A stretch of DNA of 64,000 bases, taken from contig OY968769.1 in the NCBI GenBank assembly GCA_963695345.1, forward strand, positions 864,001-928,000, written 5' to 3'. The position numbers and the translations under genes are program-made. Below the pieces are notes generated by a model that was not told where the DNA came from, searched no databases, and saw only the letters and a list, made by a program, of their open reading frames with translations. The number at the start of each line of letters is the position of its first letter. Within the stretch, counting starts at the first letter, position 1. Positions 19,669-31,036 of this stretch are shown here, in pieces. This DNA comes from an uncultured Methanomassiliicoccales archaeon (lineage in GTDB: Archaea; Thermoplasmatota; Thermoplasmata; Methanomassiliicoccales; UBA472).

Positions 19669-21172
19669 CTTAATCGCCTCCCAATAAGACCGGTCAAGAC
19701 CTGACGGACGGCGTGATATAGTCCATTATCAGCGCCGGAAAGATACCGAACAGAACGATCAGCCCGGTCAGGACCGCCAGTGGCGCGGTCTCGAACCAGT
19801 ACAAGTCGTGGACATGCTCCAGTGTCGATCTCCTTGGTCAGCGGACCGAACAGCGTCCTCTGCATCGCCCATATGTAGTAGGCAGCGGTGATCGCCACGC
19901 TTATTATGGGTATGAGGAGCCAGCCGAACGAGTCGAAGGTCGCCGCGAACACGCAGAACTCGGCCAGGAAGCCGACCATTCCAGGTAGCCCGAGAGAGGC
20001 CATGAAGCCGATCATCATGAACGTGGCAGCATGGGCATCTTGGCCGCCAGACCGCCCAGCCGGGGCATGTTCCTGGTACCCACCTTGTGCTGGATCATGC
20101 CGCACATCATGAAGAGGACGGCCGTGATCAGGCCGTGGGCGAACATCTGGAACACGGCGGCCGCGATACCCAGCTCGGTCATAGGTGGCGATACCGAGCA
20201 TGACGATGCCCATGTGGCTGATGGACGAGTAGGCGACCATCTTCTTCAGGTCCTTCTGCGCCAGGCAGGTGATCGCCCCATACATGATCGAGACTATGGC
20301 GATTATGACCATGACCATCTGGTATTGGTCTGCGCCATACGGCGAAGGTGGGCAGGCAGACCCTGATGATACCGTAGGAACCCATCTTCAGCAGCAGACC
20401 GGCCAGCAGGACCGACCCTGCGGTCGGGGCCTGCGACGTGCGCGTCCGGAAGCCAAGTGTGGAACGGGACCATCGGCATCTTGACGATGAACCCGAAGAA
20501 CAGCGCCCCGAACACCACGAGCTGGAACATCTGACCGAAGCTACCCGACACCGAGGCGATCGCCTCCATGTCGAAGTTCTGTGAGCCCAGCAGGGCGCGG
20601 ACGCCTCGAAGTACAGGGCGAGGATTCCCAGCAGCATCACCAACGATGCGATGTGGGTGTAGATGAAGAACTTGATCGAGGCGTACGCCCGCCTTGGACC
20701 TCCCCATACCGCTATGAGGAAGTACATCGGGATCAGCACGACCTCCCAGAAGACGTAGAACAGGAAGTAGTCCAGGGACATGAACACGCCCAGGACACCG
20801 ACCTCCAGTACGAGCATCAGGCCCATGTACTGGTTGGTCCGCTCTTCCACGTCCCAGGAGAACAGGATGGCCAGGAAGACCAGCAGGGTGGTCAGGAAGA
20901 CCATGGGGATGCTGATGCCGTCGACCCCCACGTTGTAGGATATGCCCAGCGTCTCGATCCAGGTGAAGTTCTCGACGAACTGGAACGTACCGACGGTCAG
21001 GCTGAAATCGAGCCAACAGGACCACCGATATGACCAGCGGTATCGCCGAGAAGACCAGTGCGATGATACTTGGCGATGCCTTGGGTTCTTTCCCAGCATG
21101 AAGGCGATCATTGCTCCGATCAGCGGGACGAGTATACAGCAGGGATAAGATGGGTACGTTCTGCAACAGCAT
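19665..21172 (-). CDS. fpoM: Fpo/Nuo subunit M (frameshifted)
   Basis: Fragments GVDGIS, FWEVVLIPMY, KMPMVPFHTWLPDAH, LLKMGSYG and AYSSISHMG. Confidence 0.88.
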
Positions 21173-21173
21173 T

Positions 21174-23248
21174 TCAGATCAGACCTCCGAGGACATACGA
21201 GCAGACAGCAGCACGATCAGTGCCACGATCCCACCGATGATGATGGCGCGTAGCTCTGTACCAGTCCGGTCTGCATCTTCCTCAGGACGCTTTCCGCCGC
21301 CTACCAGGCCGCGGCTGATGACGTTAACGATGCCATCGATGACCTTGCGGTCGAACCAGTCGCAGCACGAGGGAGAATCCGTACACGACCTTCTCGCCGA
21401 TCTAGTCGTAGCCCTCGGTGAAGCCGTACCGCTCGAGCAGCATGTTGTAGAGCGGTCTTACGCGCCGGGCTGTGGCACGATCGCGTCTGGGCTGATCGAC
21501 CTTCTTCTTGTAGAAGGTGAAGTACGCCAGGCCGATTCCGCCTACGGCCACGAATACCGAGAGGTAGGTCAGCCAGTCGCCAAGTACCGTTGCCCAGGTC
21601 GAAGGCCTCGGCGATCTCGAAGTAGATCGATGCCGCTGAGATCCTTGTCCCATGAACAGGCGACCAGCCCGGAGCCGATCGCCAGGATCGCCAGGATGAC
21701 CAGCGGGCCGAGCATGACCCAGGGTGCCTCATGGTGCTCGTGGACTTCGGCATGGTGACCGTGCTCGTCCGCGTGAGCGCCCACATGCTCTCCCTTGGTG
21801 TGGGTGGCGTGCTTGGTGGCCTCTCCCTCTTCCCCGCGAAGGTCATGAACCACATGCGGAACATGTAGAACGCGGTCATGAAGGCGGTCAGTGACGCCCA
21901 TGAGCCACAAGCAGCATGGAACACCGAGTGGTCAGCTCCCGCCTCGAAGACCACTGGCCAGGATCTCGTCCTTGGACCAGAACCCGCTCAGTATGGCGGA
22001 ATGCCGGCTATGGACATACGAACCGATGAGCATCACGATGGAGGTGACCTTCATGTGCTTCCTCAGCCCGCCCATGAGCCTCAGTGTCCTCAGTGTGGAC
22101 GAAGTGGATGACGGCGCCGGCGCAAAGGAAGAGCAGTGCCTTGAAGAAGGCATGGTTCATCAGGTGGAACAATCCAGCCGCGAATGCGATGCTGCCGGCC
22201 GCCATCAAGGCTTCGTTTCCGTGCTCGAGCCCGATACCGAACAGGTATGCGCCGGTACCGAGTGACAGGAACATGTAGCCCAATTGGCTGATGGTGGAAT
22301 AGGCGAGCACGCGCTTGATCAGCGGCGAGTTGAGCGCCATGGTGGCCGCCATCAATGCGGTCATACCTCCGATGATGGCGATGAACAGGCCGACGTCCGG
22401 GCACGAAGATCAACAGCGGGAACATCCTCGCCACGAGGTACACACCGGCCTTGACCATGGTCGCCGCGTGGATAAGTGCCGACACCGTGGTCGGGCCTTC
22501 CATGGCGTCCGGTAGCCAGTCATGCAGCGGGAACTGAGCGGACTTTCCGATCGCGCCTCCGAACATGAAGAACAGGCCCAGCGCCAGCATTCCCTGGTCC
22601 ACGCCCTCGTATCACCAGTCGGATCGAACAGCGTGTGGAAGTTCAGGGTCTTGAAGGTCGGTCGAACAGCATGAACAGGCCGATCATGAACATGACGTCT
22701 CCGACCCTGGTGACCAGGAACGCCTTCTTGGCGGCCGAGGCCGCCGACGGCCTCTCGAACCAGAAGCCGATCAGCAGGTAGGAACAGAGACCGACCAGTT
22801 CCCAGAATATGAACATCTGCAGGAAGTTGTTCGCCAGCACCAGACCGAGCATGACGCCCACGAACAGGCATATCTCGGTGAAGTAGCGGCGTCTCCTCTC
22901 GCCCTGGTCATGCATGTAGCCGACGGAGTAGATGACGACCAGGGTGGAGACGAATGATACCACGATGAGCATCAGCGCGGTCACGGTATCGATGTATATG
23001 CCTAGCTCCAGATTGTAACCGCCGACCGTTACCCAGGCCATGCTCTGTTCGAAGTAATGCTCCGCGCCTTCGAAACCGACGGTCAGCACCTCATAGGCGA
23101 CCAGCAGCGAAAGCACCATCGCGCCCCCGACACCGGCCAGCGCGACCATTCCACCCTTGTCCTTCATCTTGCCGCCGAGGAACCCGACGATCAGGAAAGC
23201 GACGAGCGGCAGCAATGGGATTATCCAGGCAAGTTCGTAGATCTGCAT
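21174..23248 (-). CDS. fpoL: Fpo/Nuo subunit L (frameshifted, with one in-frame TAG)
   Basis: Fragments [53 protein letters not shown] and SKDEIL. Confidence 0.88.
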
Positions 23249-23250
23249 TC

Positions 23251-23553
23251 TTACCACCTCATGGTGTTGAGGTCATCAACATGGACCGTGTCCTTCAACC
23301 TGTTCAGGTTCAGCAGTATTGCCAGACCCACAGCGACCTCGGCCGCGGCGATGCCGATGGAGAACAGCGCGAACACATACCCGGTCGGGGAATTGTTGTA
23401 TGCCGCGAACGCCACGAAGTTGATGTTGGCGGCGTTCAGCATCAGCTCTATGGACATCAGCACGATGATGGCGTTCTTCTTCGTGAGCACGCCCACGATT
23501 CCGATGACGAACAGGACCGACGAAAGTATCAGGAAATATTCCAGGGGGATCAT
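23251..23553 (-). CDS. fpoK: Fpo/Nuo subunit K
   Basis: Motifs LMSIELMLNAAN and AAAEVAVGLA. Confidence 0.93.
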   Translation of the reverse strand: MIPLEYFLILSSVLFVIGIVGVLTKKNAIIVLMSIELMLNAANINFVAFAAYNNSPTGYVFALFSIGIAAAEVAVGLAILLNLNRLKDTVHVDDLNTMRW

Positions 23554-23795
23554 TGCTCTTCCTCCTGCGCAATGAAGACACCGGCAATTATGGTGGCGAA
23601 GAGCAACAGCCCCAGCACGACGACGATCGAGCCGTATGTACCGAACAGGATTGTTCCGAATTGTTCTGAGGTGAACTGGGCTAAGGGGCCGCTCGGCCAG
23701 GTGACCGTCAGTATGGACACGACGATGAAGGCCAGGAGGGCAGCGCCCAGGATGGTCTTGCCGATCGCGTTGCCTAGACCGGTGGACTTACTCAC
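23550..23795 (-). CDS. fpoJ: Fpo subunit J, C-terminal half (J2)
   Basis: Hydrophobic ORF with G..LF..Y between J1 and K; GTG start overlaps the J1 end. Confidence 0.75.
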   Translation of the reverse strand: MSKSTGLGNAIGKTILGAALLAFIVVSILTVTWPSGPLAQFTSEQFGTILFGTYGSIVVVLGLLLFATIIAGVFIAQEEEQ

Positions 23796-24054
23796 AGGTA
23801 CCACCTCCGGTGAGGCGTCTCTTGGTCAGCATGACCCCGAACAGGATCAGCACGTTGATCGCCCCCACGTATACCAGGACCTGGATGAGGCCCAGGAACT
23901 CGGCGTTCAGGAATATGAAGGTGATACCAACTCCGATAAAGCAGAACGTCAGGTAGAACACGGCCCGGATGATCTCCTTCGTAATCAGGACGGAGATCGC
24001 GGCGCCGACGGTGATACCTGCGATGACTAGGAACATCAGCTCAGACAGATCCAT
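23788..24054 (-). CDS. fpoJ: Fpo subunit J, N-terminal half (J1)
   Basis: NuoJ signature LNAEFLGLIQVLVYVGAINVLILF; ATG overlaps the fpoI stop. Confidence 0.88.
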   Translation of the reverse strand: MDLSELMFLVIAGITVGAAISVLITKEIIRAVFYLTFCFIGVGITFIFLNAEFLGLIQVLVYVGAINVLILFGVMLTKRRLTGGGTCE

Positions 24055-24800
24055 TACAGCGCCTCCTTCATGGTCAGGCAGTCCTTTGGACAGACATCTA
24101 CGCACATCTCGCAGGACACGCACTTGGAATCGTCGAAGACCGGCCTCTTGATCGGTTTCTTGGTCTTCTCGTTGATCTCGCCGGTCTCGGTCATCTTGAC
24201 CGCTCCGGTGGGACAGGCCTTCTCGCAGCGGCTGCAGGAGATGCACTTCTTGGCCTCCAGACAGACCGTGTCCTTCAGCTCCATCGACCCTTTCTTGGCG
24301 GGAGCGCCCTGTCTGTTCGAGGGCAGCAGTTCCTCGTAGTTGATCTCGTAACCAGCCTTCCAGGCGTGCTGCAGCTTGATCGGGTCGTATACCAGGTCAT
24401 CACGGGTATACGAGGCGAGCTCGAACTCCGGGGTGACGATCATCGCGTTGGTCGGACATACCTCTGCGCAATTGCCGCACATCATGCACCTTCCGACATT
24501 GACCTCGGGGCGCTTGACCTTGCCCAGCGTCTCATGCTCGATCTGCACCATCTTGATGCAAGTGGTGGGGCATGCCTTGACGCATTTCTGGCAGGCGATG
24601 CACTTGTCCAGGATGATACCGGGGCGTCCCCGGAAGCAATCCGGGATGATGCTCTTCTCCCAGGGGTACATGATCGTGCGCGGCCTGTGACCGGGAAGAG
24701 ATACCCGGACCATCGTCCTGAGGGTGACCCATAGCGGCTTGAGCATGTAACCGGTGGCTCTCAGCTTCTTGTCTCTCGGATTGTTGCTGGTTGCGTTCAT
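24054..24800 (-). CDS. fpoI: Fpo subunit I with an extra 2x[4Fe-4S] domain
   Basis: NuoI-like N-terminus (YPWEK...FRGRP) and four CxxCxxCxxxCP motifs. Confidence 0.9.
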   Translation of the reverse strand: MNATSNNPRDKKLRATGYMLKPLWVTLRTMVRVSLPGHRPRTIMYPWEKSIIPDCFRGRPGIILDKCIACQKCVKACPTTCIKMVQIEHETLGKVKRPEVNVGRCMMCGNCAEVCPTNAMIVTPEFELASYTRDDLVYDPIKLQHAWKAGYEINYEELLPSNRQGAPAKKGSMELKDTVCLEAKKCISCSRCEKACPTGAVKMTETGEINEKTKKPIKRPVFDDSKCVSCEMCVDVCPKDCLTMKEAL

Positions 24801-24801
24801 C

Positions 24802-25900
24802 TCAGAACCACCCCATAGCCTTCATGACAACGGCGATGCCCAGGTTGACGATGGACAGCGGGAGCAGCCTCTTCCATCCGATCTTCAGGAGCTGGTCGGT
24901 CCTGATACGGACCGTGGCTGACCTTACCCATATCATGATGAAGAAGACCAAGAACACCTTGGCCAGGAACCAGACCTCGGGCCAGAGGAACGTGGGACCG
25001 TCCCATCCGCCCAGGAAGAGCACTAGCGACGAGCGCGCTGACGACATACGCCCTCAGGTAGTCGGCCATCATGATCAGGCCCCACTGTATGCCTCCGTAT
25101 TCGGTCTGCCAGCCTTCGACGAGTTCCGCCTCGGCCTCGGGCAGGTCGAACGGGACCCTTTCGGACTCGGCGATGCCGCAAACGAAGAAGGTGATGAAAC
25201 CGATGAACAACGGGAACATCAGCCACATGTGCGCTTGCTGGAAGGCGACGATGACATTGAAGTTCAGGCTTCCGGTCATGATGATGATCGAAAGCACGAC
25301 CATCAGGATCGGGATCTCATAGGCGATCAGCTGCGCCGCGCCTCTCATCGCCGCCGATCATGGTGTACTTGTTGTTGGAGGCCCACCCTGCCGATCAGGA
25401 TGAAGAACGGAGCCGAGCGAGAACACTGCGAGACCGATCAGAAGCGCCAGTTCGGGGTTGGCGACGAAGAAACGGGTGCTCCACGGCACCAGTCCCGAGG
25501 AGCAATACGGACGATGCCGATGAATCCGGTGACGGACCACATGAACAGCTTCTTGTCCGCGTCCCGCGGGATGATCAGTCTCCTTCAGCAGGGTCTTGAT
25601 CGCGTCGGCGAAGTTCTGGAAGAGACCGAGCATACCGACCTGCGTTCCCCGCCTGTCCATTATCCTTCCCAGGATCTTCCTTTCCTGCCAGATGCAGGTG
25701 ATGCCCACCAGGAGGGCGGCCACCATGAATATGGCACAGGTCAGAAGGATGGTCAGGAAATTGACCGGTCCTCCGGTCACCGCCCAGTCACCGATGAACT
25801 GGATCTCCTGGATTCCGGTGAGCCGGATAAACCATTGGACGACCTCGCCTATCCAAAACGCAAGGCCGTGCAGAAGACTGAAGAGCGTAGTTTCGACCAT
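24802..25900 (-). CDS. fpoH: Fpo/Nuo subunit H (frameshifted)
   Basis: Fragments ERK...R.G, Q..ADAIK, AQLIAYEIP, R.PFDLPEAEAELVEG...EY and R.DQLLKIGWK. Confidence 0.88.
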
Positions 25901-25904
25901 GGTA

Positions 25905-26992
25905 TCACCTGTCTGTCTCACCGAGGCACATGTCGGCCATGCCCATGATGGCGGGGATATCCGCCACCTTGCCCCCGACCAATGCTGCTGGCATTCCAGA
26001 TACTGTCACGAATATCGGAGATCGGACCTTCAACCGGTACGGTTTGTCGGATCCCGTCGCTTATCAGTACATCAGACCCTCGCCCCGGGGGTCCTCGACA
26101 TGGGCGAATGTCCGCCCGGCCGGTACCGCCTTAGGCGACTTGACCCGCACTGGGCCCTGCTTCATCTTCTGGAAGCATTGACGGATGATGTTGCACGATT
26201 CGTACATCTCATCCATGCGGACCCGGTACCGAGCGTACGAATCGCAGCCTGGATGTGTGCAGACGTCGGAAGTCGATCTCGCTGTACTTCTCGTAGGGAT
26301 CGTCCCTGCGAAGGTCGAAGTCGACGTTGCTGCCCCTCATGATCGGACCGGTTACGCCCAGGTTCATGGCCTCGGGACCGGACAGTTTGCCGACGCCCTG
26401 CGTTCTCATGCAGGAAGGCGGTGCATTCGTCGAACAGGGCCTCGTAACTCCCTGAGCCTCTTCTCGAAGAGGTTGAGAACGCGCAGGGTGTCCCTCTCCC
26501 AGTTGGGGGTGAGGTCGTTCCTGACCCCTCCGATCCTCGGATAGTTGTAGGTCATCCTGGCACCGCTCAGGTCCATCATGAGGTCCATGAACAGTCTCCC
26601 TCTCCCTCATCGGAAGAAGGAACATGGTGTATGAACCGAGATCCGTACCTATGGCCGCCAGCCACATCAGGTGAGAGGCGATCCTCTGTATCTCGAGCGT
26701 CATGAGTCCTTATCCAGCTGGCCCGTTCCGGCACCTCGAGCTCCAGAAGGTCCTCCACGGTCATGCAATACAGGTGAGACCAGGAAAGCGACGACGCGTA
26801 GCATAGCCGGTCAGCCAGCGGGACTATCTGATGGTAATCGCGGTTCTCCATCATCTTTTCCCACCCGCGGTGCAGATAACCGATGATCGGTTCGGCATCG
26901 GTGATGATCTCACCGTTGATCTTGACCCTTAGGCTCCACAGACCATGCGTCATGGGGTGCTGCGGACCCATGTTGACCCACATTTCCGACAT
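25905..26992 (-). CDS. fpoD: Fpo/Nuo subunit D (frameshifted)
   Basis: [30 protein letters not shown] and a C-terminal D...GETDR; no NiFe-binding CxxC pairs seen. Confidence 0.88.
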
Positions 26993-27469
26993 TAAATCCG
27001 CCTCCCCACTTCGTAGTCCTTCCTCAGCGGGAAGAACTGGTAGTCCTGTGGCAACAGGATCCGTTCCAGCTTCGGATGTCCAATGAAAACTGATCCCGTA
27101 CATGTCATAGGCCTCCCGCTCGTGCCAGTTCGCCCCGCCATACAGCGGCGCGATGGAGTCCACCTCGGGGGTTTCTCTGGGTACATCGACCGTAATCTGG
27201 ATCACCATCTTGTTGGCATAGGACGAGATATGGTAGACGACCTGAAAGAAGGTCTTCATGTCTACGCCTGAAACGCAGGAGCACTGCTCGAACTCGTATC
27301 CTTCCTTGAGAGTCTTGCACATCTCCAGGATCACCGAACGGTCGGTGTTGAGCGTTATCCTGCGCGGTTTGATCTTAACTTCCTTGACCTTGTCCTGGAA
27401 CTTCTCGGTCAAGGCATTGACGACCTGCTCCTCAGTGAAAGATTTGGCTTTGGGACTCGTCTCGGTCAT
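26992..27469 (-). CDS. fpoC: Fpo/Nuo subunit C (one frameshift near 27085-27090)
   Basis: ANWHEREAYDMYGI continues in another frame as GHPKLERILLP...PLRKDY. Confidence 0.88.
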
Positions 27470-27478
27470 TTTCCCACC

Positions 27479-28039
27479 TCAATCCAGGAAGGTTCCCTTC
27501 TGCTCGGCGGTTATCTTCCTGTTAAGCTTCAGCATGCCATCGATCAAGGCCTCGGGCCTGGGCGGGCAGCCCGGGATATAGATGTCGACCGGAACTATGG
27601 TGTCCAGCCCCTGAATGACATTGTATCCGTCATACCACGGACCGCCGGATATGGCGCACTCCCCCATGGCCACGACCCATTTCGGCTCAGGCATCTGTTC
27701 ATATAGCCTCCTCAGGGAAGGCCTCAGCTTGGCCGAGAGCCAACCCATGATGAGCAGGACGTCAGCCTGTCTTGGGGAGGAACGAGGGATCATGCCCAGC
27801 CGTTCCATGTCCCACCTGGGACCGTATGCCGCCGCGAATTCCAGCGAGCAACAGGCAATACCGAACTCCAGCGGATAAATCGCATTTCTCTGCCCCCACG
27901 ACCATATGGGAGCGGTGACCTTATCGACCGCCTGCTTGACGCCGGTGGACTTCATCGTCTCAACCATGAATTGGCTGGACCATTTCTGGAAGTCCTTGAC
28001 GGTCATGGTTATTACTTGGGGCGAATTACTTAGATCCAA
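27479..28039 (-). CDS. fpoB: Fpo/Nuo subunit B
   Basis: GIACCSLE, SPRQAD, MPEPKWVVAMGECA and IPGCPPRPEA; TTG start after GGAGG. Confidence 0.92.
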   Translation of the reverse strand: MDLSNSPQVITMTVKDFQKWSSQFMVETMKSTGVKQAVDKVTAPIWSWGQRNAIYPLEFGIACCSLEFAAAYGPRWDMERLGMIPRSSPRQADVLLIMGWLSAKLRPSLRRLYEQMPEPKWVVAMGECAISGGPWYDGYNVIQGLDTIVPVDIYIPGCPPRPEALIDGMLKLNRKITAEQKGTFLD

Positions 28040-28408
28040 AGTATGGCCTCCTTCTTTAATGCGTAGTAGACCCCGACCAACCCGATAACAATGAAAACGA
28101 ACGCAGCCAACGCAGCCTGACCGAGCAGGTCCAGGGAAGAGAGTAGTGTTAGAATATGTCAAAGCCCAAACGAGCATGAAAACCGTAACGATATCGAAAA
28201 GGACGAAGACGAGGGCATAGATGTAGAATTGCACGTGGAATTGAATTTGTGCTTGCCCGATGGGCTCCATTCCGCACTCGTAGGTTGTATCCCTTAGGGT
28301 GCTATACTTTGTCGGTCTAAAGAACTTAGCCGTAACAAAGGCCAGTACCGGGAACATGATCGCCACCAGTACAAACACAGCAATTGGATAATATTGGTCT
28401 ACGAGCAT
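28030..28408 (-). CDS. fpoA: Fpo/Nuo subunit A (one frameshift)
   Basis: TYECG and FY.YALVFVLFD; the natural end YALKKEAILWI* at 28030 lies in another frame. Confidence 0.88.
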
Positions 28409-28413
28409 TGAGA

Positions 28414-28440
28414 GGGGAATATTCTCCCCGTATTTAAACG
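28414..28440 (-). promoter_or_regulatory. fpo operon TATA box with a downstream inverted repeat
   Basis: TTTAAATA (28438-28431) lies about 23 nt upstream of the fpoA ATG; GGGGA-ATATTC-TCCCC at 28414-28429. Confidence 0.5.
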
Positions 28441-28704
28441 TTTGATAGATATGCTGGCTACCCTTTGAAATGCCCTAATTGTGAGTCTTATTTGACTCAG
28501 TAAGGAACGACTGACCAGAGAGCGGGAACATAGCCGAGGAATCGTTATTTCAAGGTTGGCCCGTGAGTGTCGGATGTTGATAACTAGGAACCGGTCGTCA
28601 ACCCTTGTTTTTTGGAACAAGAATGCCTAGAATCGGGTACGGACTCCCACTTGTTCCGGCAACATTAAAGAACTCGGTGACCGAATTATTCATGGGTTGA
28701 TAAA

Positions 28705-29220
28705 ATGGTCGAGAAGGTGGCGGTTTTGGTCGAGGACATGTACGAGGACCTGGAACTTTGGTATCCATTGATCCGTTTGAAGGAGGCGGGATACAATCCT
28801 ATCATCATCGGCAGCGGTACCAAGGACACCTACCTGAGCAAACACGGCTACCCGGCCCGGTCGGGTCTGGTCGCGGACAAGGCCAATGCCGATGAATTTG
28901 TGGCGGTCATCATACCCGGAGGCTTTGCCCCGGATCACATGCGGAGACATCCGCCGATGGTCGATTTCGTCAAGAAGATGTATTCGAAACAGAAACTCGT
29001 GGCCTCGATCTGCCATGCCGGTTCCTTGCTCGTGTCGGCGAACGTCCTCAAGGGAAAGAAGGCGACCTCATTCTATTCGATCAAGGACGACATGATCAAC
29101 GCCGGGGTGCGCTGGTTCGACGAGGAGGTGGTCGTGGATGGGAACCTGATAACCTCCAGATCCCCGGAGGACCTGCCGGCGTTCATGAAGGCCATATTGC
29201 AGTACCTGGAAGGGCGCTGA
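28705..29220 (+). CDS. pfpI: PfpI/DJ-1 family protease/deglycase
   Basis: Motifs YEDLE..YP, IPGG, ICHA and VVDGNLITSR.P.DLPAF. Confidence 0.9.
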   Translation: MVEKVAVLVEDMYEDLELWYPLIRLKEAGYNPIIIGSGTKDTYLSKHGYPARSGLVADKANADEFVAVIIPGGFAPDHMRRHPPMVDFVKKMYSKQKLVASICHAGSLLVSANVLKGKKATSFYSIKDDMINAGVRWFDEEVVVDGNLITSRSPEDLPAFMKAILQYLEGR

Positions 29221-29334
29221 GCCCGGACCGCATCCTATCCCCCAGGTGGCCAGATGGGCCACGACGCTCTTTTTATATCATCGAGTTCATAACGCCATCG
29301 CACTGACGGTAACGTCAAAGGAGAGTTGATTCAG

Positions 29335-30138
29335 ATGAAGATTGGATTCGTCGGGGCTGGCATGATGGCCGAAGCCCTCATGAAGGGGATCATCGCAGCG
29401 GGGGTTTCGACCCCGGAGGACATAGTCGCGAGCGAAATAGTTCCGGCTCGCAGGGATTACATCACCAAGACACTGAAGGTCCGCACCACGGTGGACAATC
29501 TCGATGTTGCTAGATCATCAGATGTCATCCTCCTGGCGGTCAAGCCCCAACAGATGGGGTCGGTCCTGGAAGAGCTGAACCAGGTCCTGACGAACGAGCA
29601 TCTGATCGTATCGATCGCCGCCGGCATCAAGATCGACTTCATAGAGAAACACCTTAATCCAGGAGTGCGCGTCGTCAGGGTGATGCCGAACCAGCCATGC
29701 CAGGTCGGGGCATCCGCCTCCGCGTTCGCGCTGGGCCAGAGCGCCAAGGCCGATGACAAAGAAACCGTACAGAAGATACTGAACTCGGTGGGCATCGCAT
29801 TCCCGATGGAAGAGAAGTACCTGGATGCCGTTACCGGGCTGAGCGGTTCCGGACCGGCCTATATCTATATGATAATCGAGGCGATGGCCGACGGCGGAGT
29901 GCTGGCAGGCTTGCCCCGGGATGTGGCGATCGGACTGGCAGCCCAGACGGTACTGGGCGCGGCCAAGACCGTCCTGGAGACGAAGAGGCACCCGGGTGAA
30001 CTGAAGGACATGGTGGCATCCCCGGCAGGAACCACGATCGAGGGAATACGTGTCCTCGAGCAGTACAGCGTCAGGGCGGCGTTCATCGACGCGGTGGAGG
30101 CCGGGGCTTTGAGGTCAGCCGAACTCGGGAACAAGTAA
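29335..30138 (+). CDS. proC: pyrroline-5-carboxylate reductase
   Basis: Motifs [28 protein letters not shown] and SPAGTT. Confidence 0.95.
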   Translation: MKIGFVGAGMMAEALMKGIIAAGVSTPEDIVASEIVPARRDYITKTLKVRTTVDNLDVARSSDVILLAVKPQQMGSVLEELNQVLTNEHLIVSIAAGIKIDFIEKHLNPGVRVVRVMPNQPCQVGASASAFALGQSAKADDKETVQKILNSVGIAFPMEEKYLDAVTGLSGSGPAYIYMIIEAMADGGVLAGLPRDVAIGLAAQTVLGAAKTVLETKRHPGELKDMVASPAGTTIEGIRVLEQYSVRAAFIDAVEAGALRSAELGNK

Positions 30139-30357
30139 ATCGGAGCGCCCTGCTCCTTCTTTTCAATTTCTTCGTATATTTATTTTGAGAACAATATTAT
30201 GTCCAGTATGGCTGAATATCGTTATCGAGGTTATCAACGCTGATAATCATACCGAAGTGAATTATCTAGTCGAGGACCGTCACGAGGTAATTCGGCGGCT
30301 ATCGACCAAGCCTATGCAAAACGGGTCCTTCTTGGACGCCCGCCACATTCAGAGGCC

Positions 30358-30993
30358 ATGATGATGAGATCGGGAAAGGGTTGGAAACTCAACAAAAAGG
30401 CGGAGATGGGTGTCGGAGAGATACTCGTTTTCACCGCCACGATCCTCGTTCTCGTTATAGCTTCCTCGGTCCTTATGACATCGGCGAACAAGGTATCCGA
30501 ACAGTCTCAAAGTACCCGCGATACAGCCTTCGGCAATATCGCTTCCGGGTTCACTGTGCAAGATATCACGGGCCATGTCCTCGCTGACGGATCGGCGATC
30601 CACACGCTTTTCATTCAGGTCAAGCTGCAGGCGGGATCGCCATCGGTCAATCTGGACAGGATCACCATCCAATTCATCGGTAACTCCTCCCAGTACATGA
30701 TGCAGATATCAAATTCGACGAACAGTTCCGGTCATGGAATTATGACAAGTTCCACCTTCTCCGCCTACCAGGTCCTGGCACAGACCACCGGCGGGTCGAC
30801 CTGGACGGCCGGTCATTACGTGGTCCAGCAAGGTGACATGATCATGATCTCGATAAGCAACGATGCAGGTAATCTGAACCTTAAACCATCACAACCCGCC
30901 ACCATCAAGATCATACCTGCCTACGGTTCTTCGACCACCGTTAATTTCGTGACCCCGTCCCTCTTCAAATCGGACTACGTCAATCTGAAATAG
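30358..30993 (+). CDS. archaellin/FlaB-like type IV pilin family protein
   Basis: Class III signal peptide (basic ..NKKA then EMGVG and a hydrophobic helix); IQVKLQAGSPSVNL and C-terminal IIPAYG...TP archaellin patterns. Confidence 0.8.
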   Translation: MMMRSGKGWKLNKKAEMGVGEILVFTATILVLVIASSVLMTSANKVSEQSQSTRDTAFGNIASGFTVQDITGHVLADGSAIHTLFIQVKLQAGSPSVNLDRITIQFIGNSSQYMMQISNSTNSSGHGIMTSSTFSAYQVLAQTTGGSTWTAGHYVVQQGDMIMISISNDAGNLNLKPSQPATIKIIPAYGSSTTVNFVTPSLFKSDYVNLK

Positions 30994-31036
30994 CCGACAG
31001 TAGCCATCGATATCAGAGAAAGGTAATGTCGTTCCC

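Noticed and set aside
21402-21404. In-frame TAG in fpoL as a possible pyrrolysine codon
   Set aside because: It sits in the error-dense region where TGG (Trp) fits the context GYD-W-IGE; a base-call error is simpler.
23550-24054. Split fpoJ as another sequencing error
   Set aside because: Both halves have clean starts, stops and overlaps, and split J1/J2 genes are known in archaeal fpo/nuo operons; treated as genuine and not novel.
26576-27469. Apparent FpoC-FpoD fusion, like NuoCD
   Set aside because: The true FpoC tail (GHPKLERILLP..PLRKDY..*) is present in another frame, ending in a TAATG overlap with fpoD.
27479-28408. Apparent FpoA-FpoB fusion ORF (309 aa)
   Set aside because: The natural FpoA end (YALKKEAILWI*) is in another frame and fpoB has its own GGAGG plus TTG start; a single indel explains the fusion.
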